A stretch of DNA of 64,000 nt, from the IMG/VR virus record IMGVR_UViG_3300047160_004786, positions 20,955 through 84,954 of that record, one strand, 5' to 3'. Made by a program: the position numbers and the translations under genes. The notes under the pieces were generated by a model. That model was not told the origin of the DNA, made no database searches, and saw only the letters and a list, made by a program, of their open reading frames with translations. This stretch comes from a virus (taxonomy: Duplodnaviria > Caudoviricetes). This document shows positions 1 through 9,640 of this stretch, piece after piece. The stretch's first letter is position 1; each line of letters opens with the position of its first letter.

Positions 1-564
1 GCTTGCATGCAGATCCTGGCGACGACGACTGGTGGTATTCTGACCTCGACTAACACGTTCACTCAGGCTCAGCCATTTTCGATGTCAGCGGTTGCGAATC
101 GCACTGGTCAGACGACGACTGCCTCAAGTTTGATTTCCAATATTACTGGTGGTGCCGTGAGGATGGGGTATGGGGTAGGAGTGAATCTGATCGATCTATA
201 TGCGGGTGGCACTGATTTGACTACAGGGGCGGGGGACAGTGCTTATCATGCTCTGGGGTATGTGGCCAATGCGGCCTCCAGTTCGGTATTTGTGGATAGC
301 AGTCAGACGTTGGCGGGATCAACAATTGGAGCTAATGCTTACTCTGCTACGACGCTGGCGATGGGTCAGGGTGCTACGACTGGGTTGAATGCGATGTCGT
401 GCGAGCTTGGCATTCTAGGAGGGTCGTTGACGCCGAGTGATGCTGGGGCTCTTGCGTCCAATCAGCAGAATTTTTATGGGCTGTCGGTGTGTGTCGGAGC
501 CAATGGTCAGTTGAATTTCTCGATCTTCTGCAACGTCGCATATATCGCACAGGTGTTTCCATGA
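1..564 (+). CDS. 5'-truncated Thr/Gly/Ala-rich beta-structured tail/fibre-like protein
   Basis: Frame open from base 1; composition resembles a fibre/lectin-like C-terminus. Confidence 0.5.
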   Translation, partial: ACMQILATTTGGILTSTNTFTQAQPFSMSAVANRTGQTTTASSLISNITGGAVRMGYGVGVNLIDLYAGGTDLTTGAGDSAYHALGYVANAASSSVFVDSSQTLAGSTIGANAYSATTLAMGQGATTGLNAMSCELGILGGSLTPSDAGALASNQQNFYGLSVCVGANGQLNFSIFCNVAYIAQVFP

Positions 565-821
565 GGATGATCCTGGCTGCGGTGTTTTTGTTGATCAGTA
601 CGGTCTATGCGGTGGCCAGGGACGTGGCGATCATTGCGGACGATCAGCATCGGCAGGATATCATGCAAGTGCTCGATGCAGCTCTCAAGAATCAGGGAAT
701 AAACATCCTGCCCCAGGTCAATCGGGTCATCGAGATTTTGCAGAAGGCTAATACTGTGGTTGAGCAGAAAGATGACTCGACCGCACCCAAGTCAAATAAA
801 GGGATCGAGCACAAGGACTAA
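561..821 (+). CDS. small protein with Sec-type signal peptide
   Basis: ATG overlaps the upstream TGA; MRMILAAVFLLISTVYAVA is a hydrophobic leader ending A-x-A. Confidence 0.6.
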   Translation: MRMILAAVFLLISTVYAVARDVAIIADDQHRQDIMQVLDAALKNQGINILPQVNRVIEILQKANTVVEQKDDSTAPKSNKGIEHKD

Positions 822-825
822 GACG

Positions 826-1710
826 ATGCGGAAGCTGGGGTTGGCCTATGCCTTGCTGGTATCAGTGTCTACCCAGGCTCTCGCCGGGACAGGTACGATT
901 ACCGTCAAGGATTCCACTGGAGCGACGCAGACTTATACAGTGATTACCAACGGCTCGGGGTTTTTTGGGCCTATGGTGGGTGTCTGTGATGGGGCGGCAT
1001 TGGCCACGTGTGCCACGGTGGGGACGTATGGGACGGCTCCTGGTGCCGTGGCGGCACTCAACGTCAACGCAAGCGTGACCAACACGCCGGCTGTATCGCA
1101 GTCCGGCACTTGGAACGTGGGGATCACCGGGACGCCGGCAGTGACGCAGTCCGGCACCTGGACGATGCAACCTGGGAATACGGCGAATACGACACCCTGG
1201 CTGGTCAATGCCAATCAGAACGGCACGTGGTCCATGAGAACGCAGGACGGCTCCGGTAACGCCATCGGTTCGACCTCCGGTGCTCTCAATGTGAATGTCA
1301 ATAATGCGACGACGCCCGGTCCCAACACGCCGGCAAATTCTTCGCCTGTCATTCCGGCGGTCTCTACTCCTGGCAATGCGATTGCACCGGCTACTCCTGC
1401 GGGGGTCAATCTCAAGGCCAGTGCGGGACAGATCAATAGCATCGAGCTTGGGACCATTGCGTCGGGGGCTGCTTGGTTAAAGCTTTATGATTCGGCCACG
1501 GCTCCCACGTGCGGATCGGGAACGCCGGTCAAGCGGTTACTGATCCCGGTTGCATCTACGGCGGCGAACGGCGGTGGCTCGAACATTACCTTTCCATCTC
1601 CAATCAAATTTACGAACGGGATCGGCTACTGTGTTACGGGAGGGATTACGGATGCCGATACGACGGCTCTGACGGCAAACACTGTTGCTGTAAACATTGA
1701 TTGGAACTGA
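826..1710 (+). CDS. fibre-like protein with QSGTW repeats and signal peptide
   Basis: Start ATG 826 (MRKLGLAYALLVSVSTQALA); repeats AVSQSGTWNV/AVTQSGTWTM/ANQNGTWSM; C-terminal LKASAG...LKLYD.ATAP domain typical of phage structural genes. Confidence 0.6.
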   Translation: MRKLGLAYALLVSVSTQALAGTGTITVKDSTGATQTYTVITNGSGFFGPMVGVCDGAALATCATVGTYGTAPGAVAALNVNASVTNTPAVSQSGTWNVGITGTPAVTQSGTWTMQPGNTANTTPWLVNANQNGTWSMRTQDGSGNAIGSTSGALNVNVNNATTPGPNTPANSSPVIPAVSTPGNAIAPATPAGVNLKASAGQINSIELGTIASGAAWLKLYDSATAPTCGSGTPVKRLLIPVASTAANGGGSNITFPSPIKFTNGIGYCVTGGITDADTTALTANTVAVNIDWN

Positions 1711-3128
1711 CCGTGATTGTTCGTTTAGCTATAGTTGCGATCCTCCTGGGGCTCGTGCTGCTGAAGGCCGCCACGGCTCAGCTTACGATGGTTGGTATTG
1801 GTGCGGGTGGATATGGAGGAGGTGGAGGGGGTGGTGGGTCATTGACGTGGACTGCGGTTGCCAATCCGACTCCCATCACGGGAGGAGGGCTTACCAGCCC
1901 GATGGTATTTTCCGGGGTTAATTTCGGAGCGGCTGATTCGACACGGGTGCTGGTGGCATGTCTCGCCTGGGAGGGGGCTGTAGGAGATTCTCGGGCTGAT
2001 GTAAGTGCCGTCAGCATTGGTGGTGTATCGGCGTCGTTGGCGGCAGACTTATATCCGACTACGCAACGTGGAAATGCTATTTGGTATGCGAGTGTGCCTA
2101 CCGGAACGAGCGGAACAGTCTCTGTCACTGCCAGTGGGGGCACAAGCTACATTAACGAAATGGTTTTGACGTTGGGGAAGATAACCGGAAGCTCGACAAC
2201 GTCATTGGTGTCAACGATCAATAGCGTTCCTCCCGGCTATCCAAATTCTTATTCAAATAATAATTCTGGTACGGTTACGGTACCTACGAATGGAGTTGGG
2301 GTTCAATGTGGCGTTGGTGATTATTCTGGTTCTACTTCTGTATCAACGTGGACAAATGCAACGAAGGATTATGATAATCAAGATACAAGTGCTGATTCCG
2401 TTCCGGTGGTCAATTCCCTGGCACACGCAACGGCAAGTGCGACTGTTACCGAGACATTTGTTTCGACAGGTGGTTCTGGATGGGTAGGGGCGAACTTTGG
2501 CATAGCTCCCCCTCCTCCCTCGCTTACGGTTGGAACAGGCTCGATCTTCAGCAACAGCTATGCGGCAGGATATACATGGACGGGCATGAACAGCGGTGTT
2601 AACTGGCCTGCCGGGGCTCTTGTGGCTGTTTCGACGTGTAATTCCGATAATGTAGCCTTTGTTTCTCCTCAAATAGGAGGAGTTTCCGCTACGCTTGCTG
2701 CTGGAAGCCCAACGACGGGAGTGGCAGTATATTATGCGGTCATGTCTTCGTCTTCTCCAGATACGTTTTCTATCACCAATGCAAATTCATTTGCCTATCT
2801 GGGGGCTGCTGCCGTCTATATGCAAAATCTTGCATCCTCGACGCCCGACAGCACGGCAACAGAGGCATATGGCAATCAGGCTGATCCCCAAACAACATCT
2901 TCTCCTCTTACAGTGGTAAGCGGTGGGTTTGGTGTCGTCAATGCTTGCTCGCTAAGCGTGGTTACTACACCGGTATGGAACACAGGAATTGGCTTGCTCA
3001 ACTTGACATACACGTCCGTTCATCAGCTTCTCGTAGCGAAGATGACGACGACCGGAACTCCATCTGTATCTGGTTCCGGGGGTAACTATAATTTCGCAAT
3101 GGGAATGGCTGCGGCGTCATGGCACTGA
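1701..3128 (+). CDS. Gly/Ser/Thr-rich two-domain beta protein with signal peptide
   Basis: Hydrophobic leader ending AATA, poly-Gly linker, two related beta-rich domains separated by PPPPS. Confidence 0.55.
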   Translation: MELTVIVRLAIVAILLGLVLLKAATAQLTMVGIGAGGYGGGGGGGGSLTWTAVANPTPITGGGLTSPMVFSGVNFGAADSTRVLVACLAWEGAVGDSRADVSAVSIGGVSASLAADLYPTTQRGNAIWYASVPTGTSGTVSVTASGGTSYINEMVLTLGKITGSSTTSLVSTINSVPPGYPNSYSNNNSGTVTVPTNGVGVQCGVGDYSGSTSVSTWTNATKDYDNQDTSADSVPVVNSLAHATASATVTETFVSTGGSGWVGANFGIAPPPPSLTVGTGSIFSNSYAAGYTWTGMNSGVNWPAGALVAVSTCNSDNVAFVSPQIGGVSATLAAGSPTTGVAVYYAVMSSSSPDTFSITNANSFAYLGAAAVYMQNLASSTPDSTATEAYGNQADPQTTSSPLTVVSGGFGVVNACSLSVVTTPVWNTGIGLLNLTYTSVHQLLVAKMTTTGTPSVSGSGGNYNFAMGMAAASWH

Positions 3129-6100
3129 GATGGATGCTTTTGGCGATCATGGTGCTGCTGCCTGCCCTCGTGCAGGCGGGAACGTGGGCACCATTCCAGG
3201 CTAATAGCAGTTCTGTTCCCCTTAACACATGGCTTCCGCTCAAGATGGGGGGAGGTGGGTACGTCACCGGCATCGACATCAATCCCGATGGAACCAAGCT
3301 GGTTCGCACCGATACCTATGGAGCCTACCTGTGGACCGGGTCGCAGTGGCAGCAACTGGTAACCCAGTCTGCCATGCCGGCGGCTAATTTCGGCTACGCT
3401 CCTCCTTCAGGGATCAACCAGAATGGTCTCGGCAATGGAGGGGGCGTTTACGAGATATCATCGGCTCCGTCCAATTCCAGCGTCATTTATATGGCTTATG
3501 CCGGCCAAATATTCAAATCGACCAACAAGGGAAGCACTTTCACGTTGACGGCCTTTCCCTCGGCTACGATGTACAGCAACAACAGTGCCCAGCGATACAC
3601 GGGGCATAAGTTGGCTATCGATCCGGCCAATCCCAGCATCGTCTATGCCGGCAGTGACAACAATGGACTGTGGTTCACCATCAATGGAGGGACGAGTTGG
3701 ACGCAAGTGTCGTCCAGCGTCATTCCTACGGCCAGCAACGATCCCAGCGGCAATCCAACCGGATACAGGATCGCCTTTGACCCGTCGTCTGGAACGACAG
3801 GAGGGGCAACTAACCGAATTTATGTCAACAACAGTGCCGGTCTCTATGTGAGTGTCAATGCCGGTTCGTCTTGGTCCTTGGTGGCAAGCTCGCCTACCGG
3901 ATGTCAGCATATGGTCGTAGCTCCAACCGGAGGTGTGGTCTGGCTTGTCGATGGCTATGCACCGAATGACACTAATCTCTGGTCCTATACCGGTGGCACG
4001 GCCGGGACGTGGACCAACGTGGGCTCGACAGCCTCGTATCATTCCGTCGCTGTCGATCCGGCCAACGTCAATCATATCGTGGGGATCAATACCGGAGGTG
4101 CAATCAACGTCTGGAATGGCTCAACGTGGACCGGGTTCAGTACGTCATTGCGTGCCGCTACGGATGTGCCGTGGCTTGCTGTTGTAAACGAAAGTTATAT
4201 GTCGGCCGGTGACATTGCATTCGATCCTACCGGCAGCAATCTACTGTATTTCTCGCAGGGGATCGGTGTCTGGTATACCAATCCGCCGACTGTCGCTGGG
4301 AATGTCACTTGGACATCGCAAACGGCCGGGATCGAACAGCTTATTTCTAATCATTTAGTCGTTCCGAATAGCATCCCGGTTGTCGGCGTGTGGGACCGGC
4401 AGCTTGCGACATTGACCAACCCCAACGTCTATCCCAGTTCTTTGGTCGAGACGACCATGGCTCCATCCATCATGGCCGGGTGGGATCTTGACTGGGTCGT
4501 ATCCTCCCCATCGACAATCTGTGTGGCCAACGCCTGGGCGGGAGATCCCGACTTTTCCGGCTGCTCGCAGAATGGCGGCACGACGTGGATGCCGTTCAAC
4601 TCGTGGGGGTACAGGGTCTCTGCGACGGCGACGGCAAACAACGGCAGCGGGCTGATCCGGGTCACGGTGCCATCCACGACCGGATTGACGACGTGGGCGG
4701 CCGGCAGCGGCTCGATTGTGGTCTTGGTGGAGCTTACGCCTGGGGGTCCGAGTGCATACCACACTGGGGGAGGGACCATCCCTGGATTTGCCTATTACCC
4801 GGTGACGGTCGTTGACAGTACGCACATCGATTTGCAGACCTCGACCTATACTTCCGGTACGTCGGGAACCGGCGGTAATTATCTGATTTATGTGCCAACG
4901 AATGCACTGACTAGCTATGGGGCTCTCAATAACGTCGTGGGGGCGGCGAACAGCGGTGGTAACATTCAGCTATCGTTCGTTTCGCAGCAATATCAGATCA
5001 ACAATGGGGTGATGGCTTGCGTATCCGGTGTGGCGGGGACTACTGAGGCAAACGGATGCTGGATTACCAGTTCTGTGTCAGGTGGCGATAATAATAATCC
5101 TGGCACGGTCATATTGAACGGCTCAACATTCGTGCATCCCTGGACCAGCGGCGGGGTGATCAAGGTTCAAGTGCCGCAAGGGGGAGGCATTGCGACCTCG
5201 ACTGGCAGTAATATCATTCGTGTTTCATCAAATAATAATTTTCCGTATTGCACAACGGATGGCGGCCAGACGTGGACGGATATTTCGGCTGGTATAGCGA
5301 CGCCGGTCGGGGTGCGGATAACGGCTGCTTCATGGACATCGGCCAACAACGGGACTCTCAGTTATACGACGGCCAGCAATCATAATATGACGCCTGGAAG
5401 CGGGGTTGGCATTCTCGGGAATGCTCCATCAGGGTACAATGTGAGCGGTACTCTTACGACTGCTTCTGGCAACACGTTTACGTTGACGGGAACGACAAAC
5501 AGCACGACCTATGCCAATCCCGGAACCGCAACTGCATTTGGAGCATCGACAACGGACACGGGATGGGGTTTTGCCTATTATCTTCAGAAACACGTGGCAT
5601 CCCCGGATCGTGTGACGCCAAACAAGTTCTATATCTATAATTATCATACTGGTCTTTATACCGTTTCCAATTGCGGGACGCCGACGCTCGTCAATAGTAC
5701 GATATTTCCTGCTAGCGGCGATAATGATTTCCTGCGTACCGTGCCTGGGCAGGCTGGGCATTTGTTTTACGGGGCCGGTCCACTTGGAAGTGCTCTTGCT
5801 GGGCACCCGGCCAGCACGCAGTTGCAACGATCCTGTGATGGTGGAAACACGTTTTCGACCGTGGCCAACATCTGGGAGCCTATCGCCCTCGGTTTCGGGG
5901 CACCCGCACCGGGTAAGAATTATCAGGCGATCTATTACATCGGTTGGAACGGCCCGGTTCAAAGCACCTCGACGTTCGGGATCTGGCGGTCTACCGACGA
6001 TGCAAATAATGGTGTCAATGGAGCTTGTTCTGGGGGCAATACGTGGACCAAGATTGGGGACTATCCATTAGGTTGGATGAGTGGGTTCTCAGACATCCAG

Positions 6101-6172
6101 GCTGATCAAGTCAACTATGGTTGGGTCTATGTCGGAAATGGCAATGGCTTTGCGTATGGGCATTTTAACTGA
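3119..6172 (+). CDS. GH74 (xyloglucanase-like) double beta-propeller with signal peptide and inserted beta domains
   Basis: GGGGYVTGI..NPDG...RTD, LAIDPANP..VYAG, GIEQL, FGAPAPG..YQAIY, YGWVYVG..GFAYG motifs follow the GH74 pattern; Asp-box (S.DGG.TW) repeats. Confidence 0.7.
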   Translation: MALRWMLLAIMVLLPALVQAGTWAPFQANSSSVPLNTWLPLKMGGGGYVTGIDINPDGTKLVRTDTYGAYLWTGSQWQQLVTQSAMPAANFGYAPPSGINQNGLGNGGGVYEISSAPSNSSVIYMAYAGQIFKSTNKGSTFTLTAFPSATMYSNNSAQRYTGHKLAIDPANPSIVYAGSDNNGLWFTINGGTSWTQVSSSVIPTASNDPSGNPTGYRIAFDPSSGTTGGATNRIYVNNSAGLYVSVNAGSSWSLVASSPTGCQHMVVAPTGGVVWLVDGYAPNDTNLWSYTGGTAGTWTNVGSTASYHSVAVDPANVNHIVGINTGGAINVWNGSTWTGFSTSLRAATDVPWLAVVNESYMSAGDIAFDPTGSNLLYFSQGIGVWYTNPPTVAGNVTWTSQTAGIEQLISNHLVVPNSIPVVGVWDRQLATLTNPNVYPSSLVETTMAPSIMAGWDLDWVVSSPSTICVANAWAGDPDFSGCSQNGGTTWMPFNSWGYRVSATATANNGSGLIRVTVPSTTGLTTWAAGSGSIVVLVELTPGGPSAYHTGGGTIPGFAYYPVTVVDSTHIDLQTSTYTSGTSGTGGNYLIYVPTNALTSYGALNNVVGAANSGGNIQLSFVSQQYQINNGVMACVSGVAGTTEANGCWITSSVSGGDNNNPGTVILNGSTFVHPWTSGGVIKVQVPQGGGIATSTGSNIIRVSSNNNFPYCTTDGGQTWTDISAGIATPVGVRITAASWTSANNGTLSYTTASNHNMTPGSGVGILGNAPSGYNVSGTLTTASGNTFTLTGTTNSTTYANPGTATAFGASTTDTGWGFAYYLQKHVASPDRVTPNKFYIYNYHTGLYTVSNCGTPTLVNSTIFPASGDNDFLRTVPGQAGHLFYGAGPLGSALAGHPASTQLQRSCDGGNTFSTVANIWEPIALGFGAPAPGKNYQAIYYIGWNGPVQSTSTFGIWRSTDDANNGVNGACSGGNTWTKIGDYPLGWMSGFSDIQADQVNYGWVYVGNGNGFAYGHFN

Positions 6173-6174
6173 GA

Positions 6175-9087
6175 GTGACGCAGATGGCGTTCTTGGACAG
6201 CGATCAGTCCACCGACGATGCCGGTACTGACTATGGGGAACCGGGGCAAGATGAATCTCCAGGCCGGGGACCGTCTGGTATCGATCTCGATCAGCTTGCC
6301 GGCAAGGACGGTGGGGATGAATCCCGCCGGCTGGCCAAGTACTGGCTTGGGCAGATTGACAAGGTGGACGATGAGCAGAAGCGGTGGGTGAAGCGAGCCA
6401 AGGCGATTGAGAAGCGATACCGGGACGAGCGTAACCGGGTCGACGAGGAGGGGCAGAGGCGTGCGAATATTTTCTACGCCAACATTCAGATCCTTTACCC
6501 GTCCCTGTATGGACGTTGTCCGGTTCCTATTGCGGAGAGGCGGTTTCAGGACAAGGATCCTGTCGGTCGAGGGGCGGCCCAGATCATCGAGCGGGCATTG
6601 CGTAATGAGATTGAGATTAACGAATACAACGAGAGCGTTGCCAGTTGCGTTTTGGATTACCTCTTAGGAGGACGTGGGCAGTGTTGGGTCAGGTACGAAC
6701 CTGAGTTCGGCCCGGGGATTTCGATTCCCATCGAGACCCAGAACGACATAAGAGATGACGAGGGGGATATCGTTGGTGAGGATGGGGAGGGCGATGAGGA
6801 TACCGAGGAGGAAATAAAGGTCGGTGAGACCGGCAGCGTCATCCTGCGGGAGAGCGTGCCGGTCGATTACGTGCCGTGGCTCGATTTCTACATGTTTCCC
6901 TCCAAGGCTCGAAAGTGGCGGGAAGTTCGAGCGGTCGGCAAGCGGTGCTACATGAGCCGCAGTGAAATGAAGAAGCGATTTGGCGAGGAGATCGGTGAGG
7001 ACATTCCGCTCCAGACTGATGATCGCGATAAGCGGAATCAAAATGAAAATCGCCGCGTGCAGGATGAGGATGACGCGAAGGGCGAGGTCTACGAGATATG
7101 GGACTTGGACACGCGGGCCGTCTACTGGGTTGCGATTGGTTACAGTTATCTGTGTGATCGAAAAGATGATCCATACGGCTTGGAGAGATTTTTTCCATGC
7201 CCGCCGCCGCTGACGGCAAATCCCACAAACAGCACGATGATCCCGGTGCCGGACTACGTCCAGTATCAGGATCAGGCTGTGATGCTGGATGAGCTTACGC
7301 AGAGGATCAGTCAGCTAGCGAAGGCGTGCAAGATCGCCGGCACGTACAATGCGGCCTCGACCGAGATTGCGAGGTTGCTCGATGAGAGTGTCGAGAACGA
7401 ATTGATTCCGGTCGATCAATGGGCGGTCTTTGCCGAGAAGGGTGGGATTCAGGGTCAGATAAGCTTGTTGCCGTTGAAGGACATCATCGGCGTCCTCAAC
7501 GAGCTTATGCAAGTCAAGGAGCGGGTCCAGGCCGAATGCGACCGCGTTTCCGGCATTACCGATATTCTAAGGGGGACTACCGATTCCCGTGAGACGCTCG
7601 GGGCTCAGCGGATCAAGACCAATTCCACCGGGTCGAGGCTGCATCAGAAGCAGGTACGTGTCGCCAATTTTGCGAAGGAAATTATTTGTCTGATCGCGGA
7701 AATAATGTGCAAGCATTTCTCTCCGAGGTCACTGATTGAGGCCTCAGGGGCCTTGTACGAGGAGGGGCTCGGCCCCGACGACGTGAGCTTTTTGGGGTTT
7801 GGGGCCGCAGCGGAGCCGTTGCATGCTCCTCTGCCCCCGCCTGGGGCCGGCGGGCCTCCGGGGATGGGGCCACCTGGGATGCCACCTCCTGGGGGGCCTC
7901 CAGGCTTGCCGCCACCGGGCATGCCACCCGGCGGACCCGCTGGTGCTCTGCCACCCCCAGGGGCACCGCCTGGAGGGATGCCGCCTAGGCCAGGACTACC
8001 TCCCCCTGGAATGCCCCCAGGAGCCCCAGGGATGCGTCCAGGGATGCCGCCGCCCGGCATGCCGCCTGGGATGCGTCCACCAATGGGTGGGCCTCCTGGC
8101 GTGCCTGGGATGCCGCCTCCTGGTATGCCTCCAGGGATGATGCGACCCGGGATGCCACCGGGTATGCCGATGCCTGGAATGCCTCCAGGGATGCCCGGTA
8201 TGCCACCTCCGGGGATGCCGATGCCGGGGATGCCTGGAGCCCCTCCTGGCGGGCCGCCCGGGATGCTTCAACCACAAGACATGATCGGACAGAGCGATCC
8301 AGCCAAGCTGATCAGAGCCATGGTGAGGATCGCCCGGTCCATCGATCTCCTGCGGTCGGACCACATCCGAGGTTTTCGCATTGATATCGAGGTGGACTCG
8401 ACGGTCTTTGGGGATCAAGCTCAGGAAAAACAGGACCGGGTCGAATTTATCGGTGCCGTCACCAAATATCTTCAGACGGCCGGACAGATGGCCATGCAGG
8501 TGCCGCAGGCTGCACCGTTGCTTGGCAAGCTGTTGCAATTTGGGGTGAGGGGTTTCCGGGTCGGTCGAGACTTGGAGTCAGCCATCGAGCAGTTTTGCGA
8601 AGAGGCCGAGAACATGGCCAAGATGCAGGCCGCTCAGGCTCAGAGCAAGCCTAATCCTCTAGAGATGCGTGCCCAGGCTGACATGATGCGGGCTCATGTC
8701 GATATGGCTAAGGCCCAGGGTGAGGGGCAGCAATTGCAAATGAAAGCCCAGATCGCCCAGCAAGCTCACGCGGCTGATGCCCAGAAGGCCCAGGCCGACA
8801 TGGCGAAGACCCAAGCTGAGATCCAGCATGGTCAGGCCGAGAGTCAGGCCCGGGCCATGCAGTCTCAGGCAGAGGTTCAGAGGCAGCAGATCGACAGCAG
8901 AGCCGAGATGATGAACTCGCAGGCTGAGCTTGCCGGCAAGCAGATGGATATTCAGATGCGGCAGATGGAACAGCAGATACGGGCCTCGGAACTCGAGGTT
9001 CAGAAATTAAAATTGCAGTTGGAGATTGAGAAATTGAGGAATCCTCCACCTCCATCGCCCGGTCAGGTTATGTCAGGGGCGGCTTGA
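6175..9087 (+). CDS. portal protein (P22-like podovirus type) with Pro/Gly/Met-rich insertion and Gln-rich C-terminal coil
   Basis: NIFYANIQILYPSLY, RFQDKD, FFPCPPPL, VPDYVQYQDQ, GITDILRG and FRIDIEVDST motifs; lies upstream of scaffold and capsid. Confidence 0.85.
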   Translation: MTQMAFLDSDQSTDDAGTDYGEPGQDESPGRGPSGIDLDQLAGKDGGDESRRLAKYWLGQIDKVDDEQKRWVKRAKAIEKRYRDERNRVDEEGQRRANIFYANIQILYPSLYGRCPVPIAERRFQDKDPVGRGAAQIIERALRNEIEINEYNESVASCVLDYLLGGRGQCWVRYEPEFGPGISIPIETQNDIRDDEGDIVGEDGEGDEDTEEEIKVGETGSVILRESVPVDYVPWLDFYMFPSKARKWREVRAVGKRCYMSRSEMKKRFGEEIGEDIPLQTDDRDKRNQNENRRVQDEDDAKGEVYEIWDLDTRAVYWVAIGYSYLCDRKDDPYGLERFFPCPPPLTANPTNSTMIPVPDYVQYQDQAVMLDELTQRISQLAKACKIAGTYNAASTEIARLLDESVENELIPVDQWAVFAEKGGIQGQISLLPLKDIIGVLNELMQVKERVQAECDRVSGITDILRGTTDSRETLGAQRIKTNSTGSRLHQKQVRVANFAKEIICLIAEIMCKHFSPRSLIEASGALYEEGLGPDDVSFLGFGAAAEPLHAPLPPPGAGGPPGMGPPGMPPPGGPPGLPPPGMPPGGPAGALPPPGAPPGGMPPRPGLPPPGMPPGAPGMRPGMPPPGMPPGMRPPMGGPPGVPGMPPPGMPPGMMRPGMPPGMPMPGMPPGMPGMPPPGMPMPGMPGAPPGGPPGMLQPQDMIGQSDPAKLIRAMVRIARSIDLLRSDHIRGFRIDIEVDSTVFGDQAQEKQDRVEFIGAVTKYLQTAGQMAMQVPQAAPLLGKLLQFGVRGFRVGRDLESAIEQFCEEAENMAKMQAAQAQSKPNPLEMRAQADMMRAHVDMAKAQGEGQQLQMKAQIAQQAHAADAQKAQADMAKTQAEIQHGQAESQARAMQSQAEVQRQQIDSRAEMMNSQAELAGKQMDIQMRQMEQQIRASELEVQKLKLQLEIEKLRNPPPPSPGQVMSGAA

Positions 9088-9214
9088 TGTGTCGTGAAAA
9101 AGAAAAAACGTCTTGGTAAAAAAAGACGTGGGATCAAATTAACTTGGCGTGGACGCAAGCCACGTTGGGGTGATAAGGTTGAGAAAGTTGGGAGATACGG
9201 CGGACGCTGGAAAA

Positions 9215-9598
9215 ATGCGGAGGAGATTTCGGTACGACCCTGACCTTGATCGCACTGTCGAGATCGGTGACAATTATTTTGAGGAGCGTGAGACTGGCCC
9301 CTACGTGGTGGGTGACATCGAGGAATATCGAACGGTTGCGGGTGATGTCGCGAATGATGGTAAGCGGGTCAATATCAGCAGCCGGTCTCGACACCGCGAA
9401 TTTTTGAGGGACAATAACTACGTCGAGGTCGGGAATGACTACGACAAAAATCAAGTCGAGCTTGGACAACCAAGGAAGGCATCGCTGTCGGAAAAGAGAG
9501 ACGCCAAGGAACGGCGTGTCGAGGCGATAAAGCGAGCAATCGAAGATGTTCGAGCCGGACGAGGTTACAGACCGCATCCGTCTCATTTCGAGGACTGA
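9215..9598 (+). CDS. conserved phage hypothetical between portal and scaffold
   Basis: DIEEY...ISSRSRHREFLRDNNYVEVGND motif; start uncertain (9149 or 9215). Confidence 0.6.
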   Translation: MRRRFRYDPDLDRTVEIGDNYFEERETGPYVVGDIEEYRTVAGDVANDGKRVNISSRSRHREFLRDNNYVEVGNDYDKNQVELGQPRKASLSEKRDAKERRVEAIKRAIEDVRAGRGYRPHPSHFED

Positions 9599-9622
9599 GC
9601 CTATGCCTATGCCCATGCCTAT
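9599..9622 (+). repeat. tandem GCC(T/C)AT hexamers (x4)
   Basis: gcctat-gcctat-gcccat-gcctat immediately upstream of the scaffold gene. Confidence 0.6.
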
Positions 9623-9640
9623 CAACAAAGGGACACGCAT

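Noticed and set aside
7644-8538. Several minus-strand and alternate-frame ORFs over the portal Pro-rich tract (likewise at 52277-52744 and 33538-34674)
   Set aside because: Shadow ORFs caused by GC-rich repeats with few stops.
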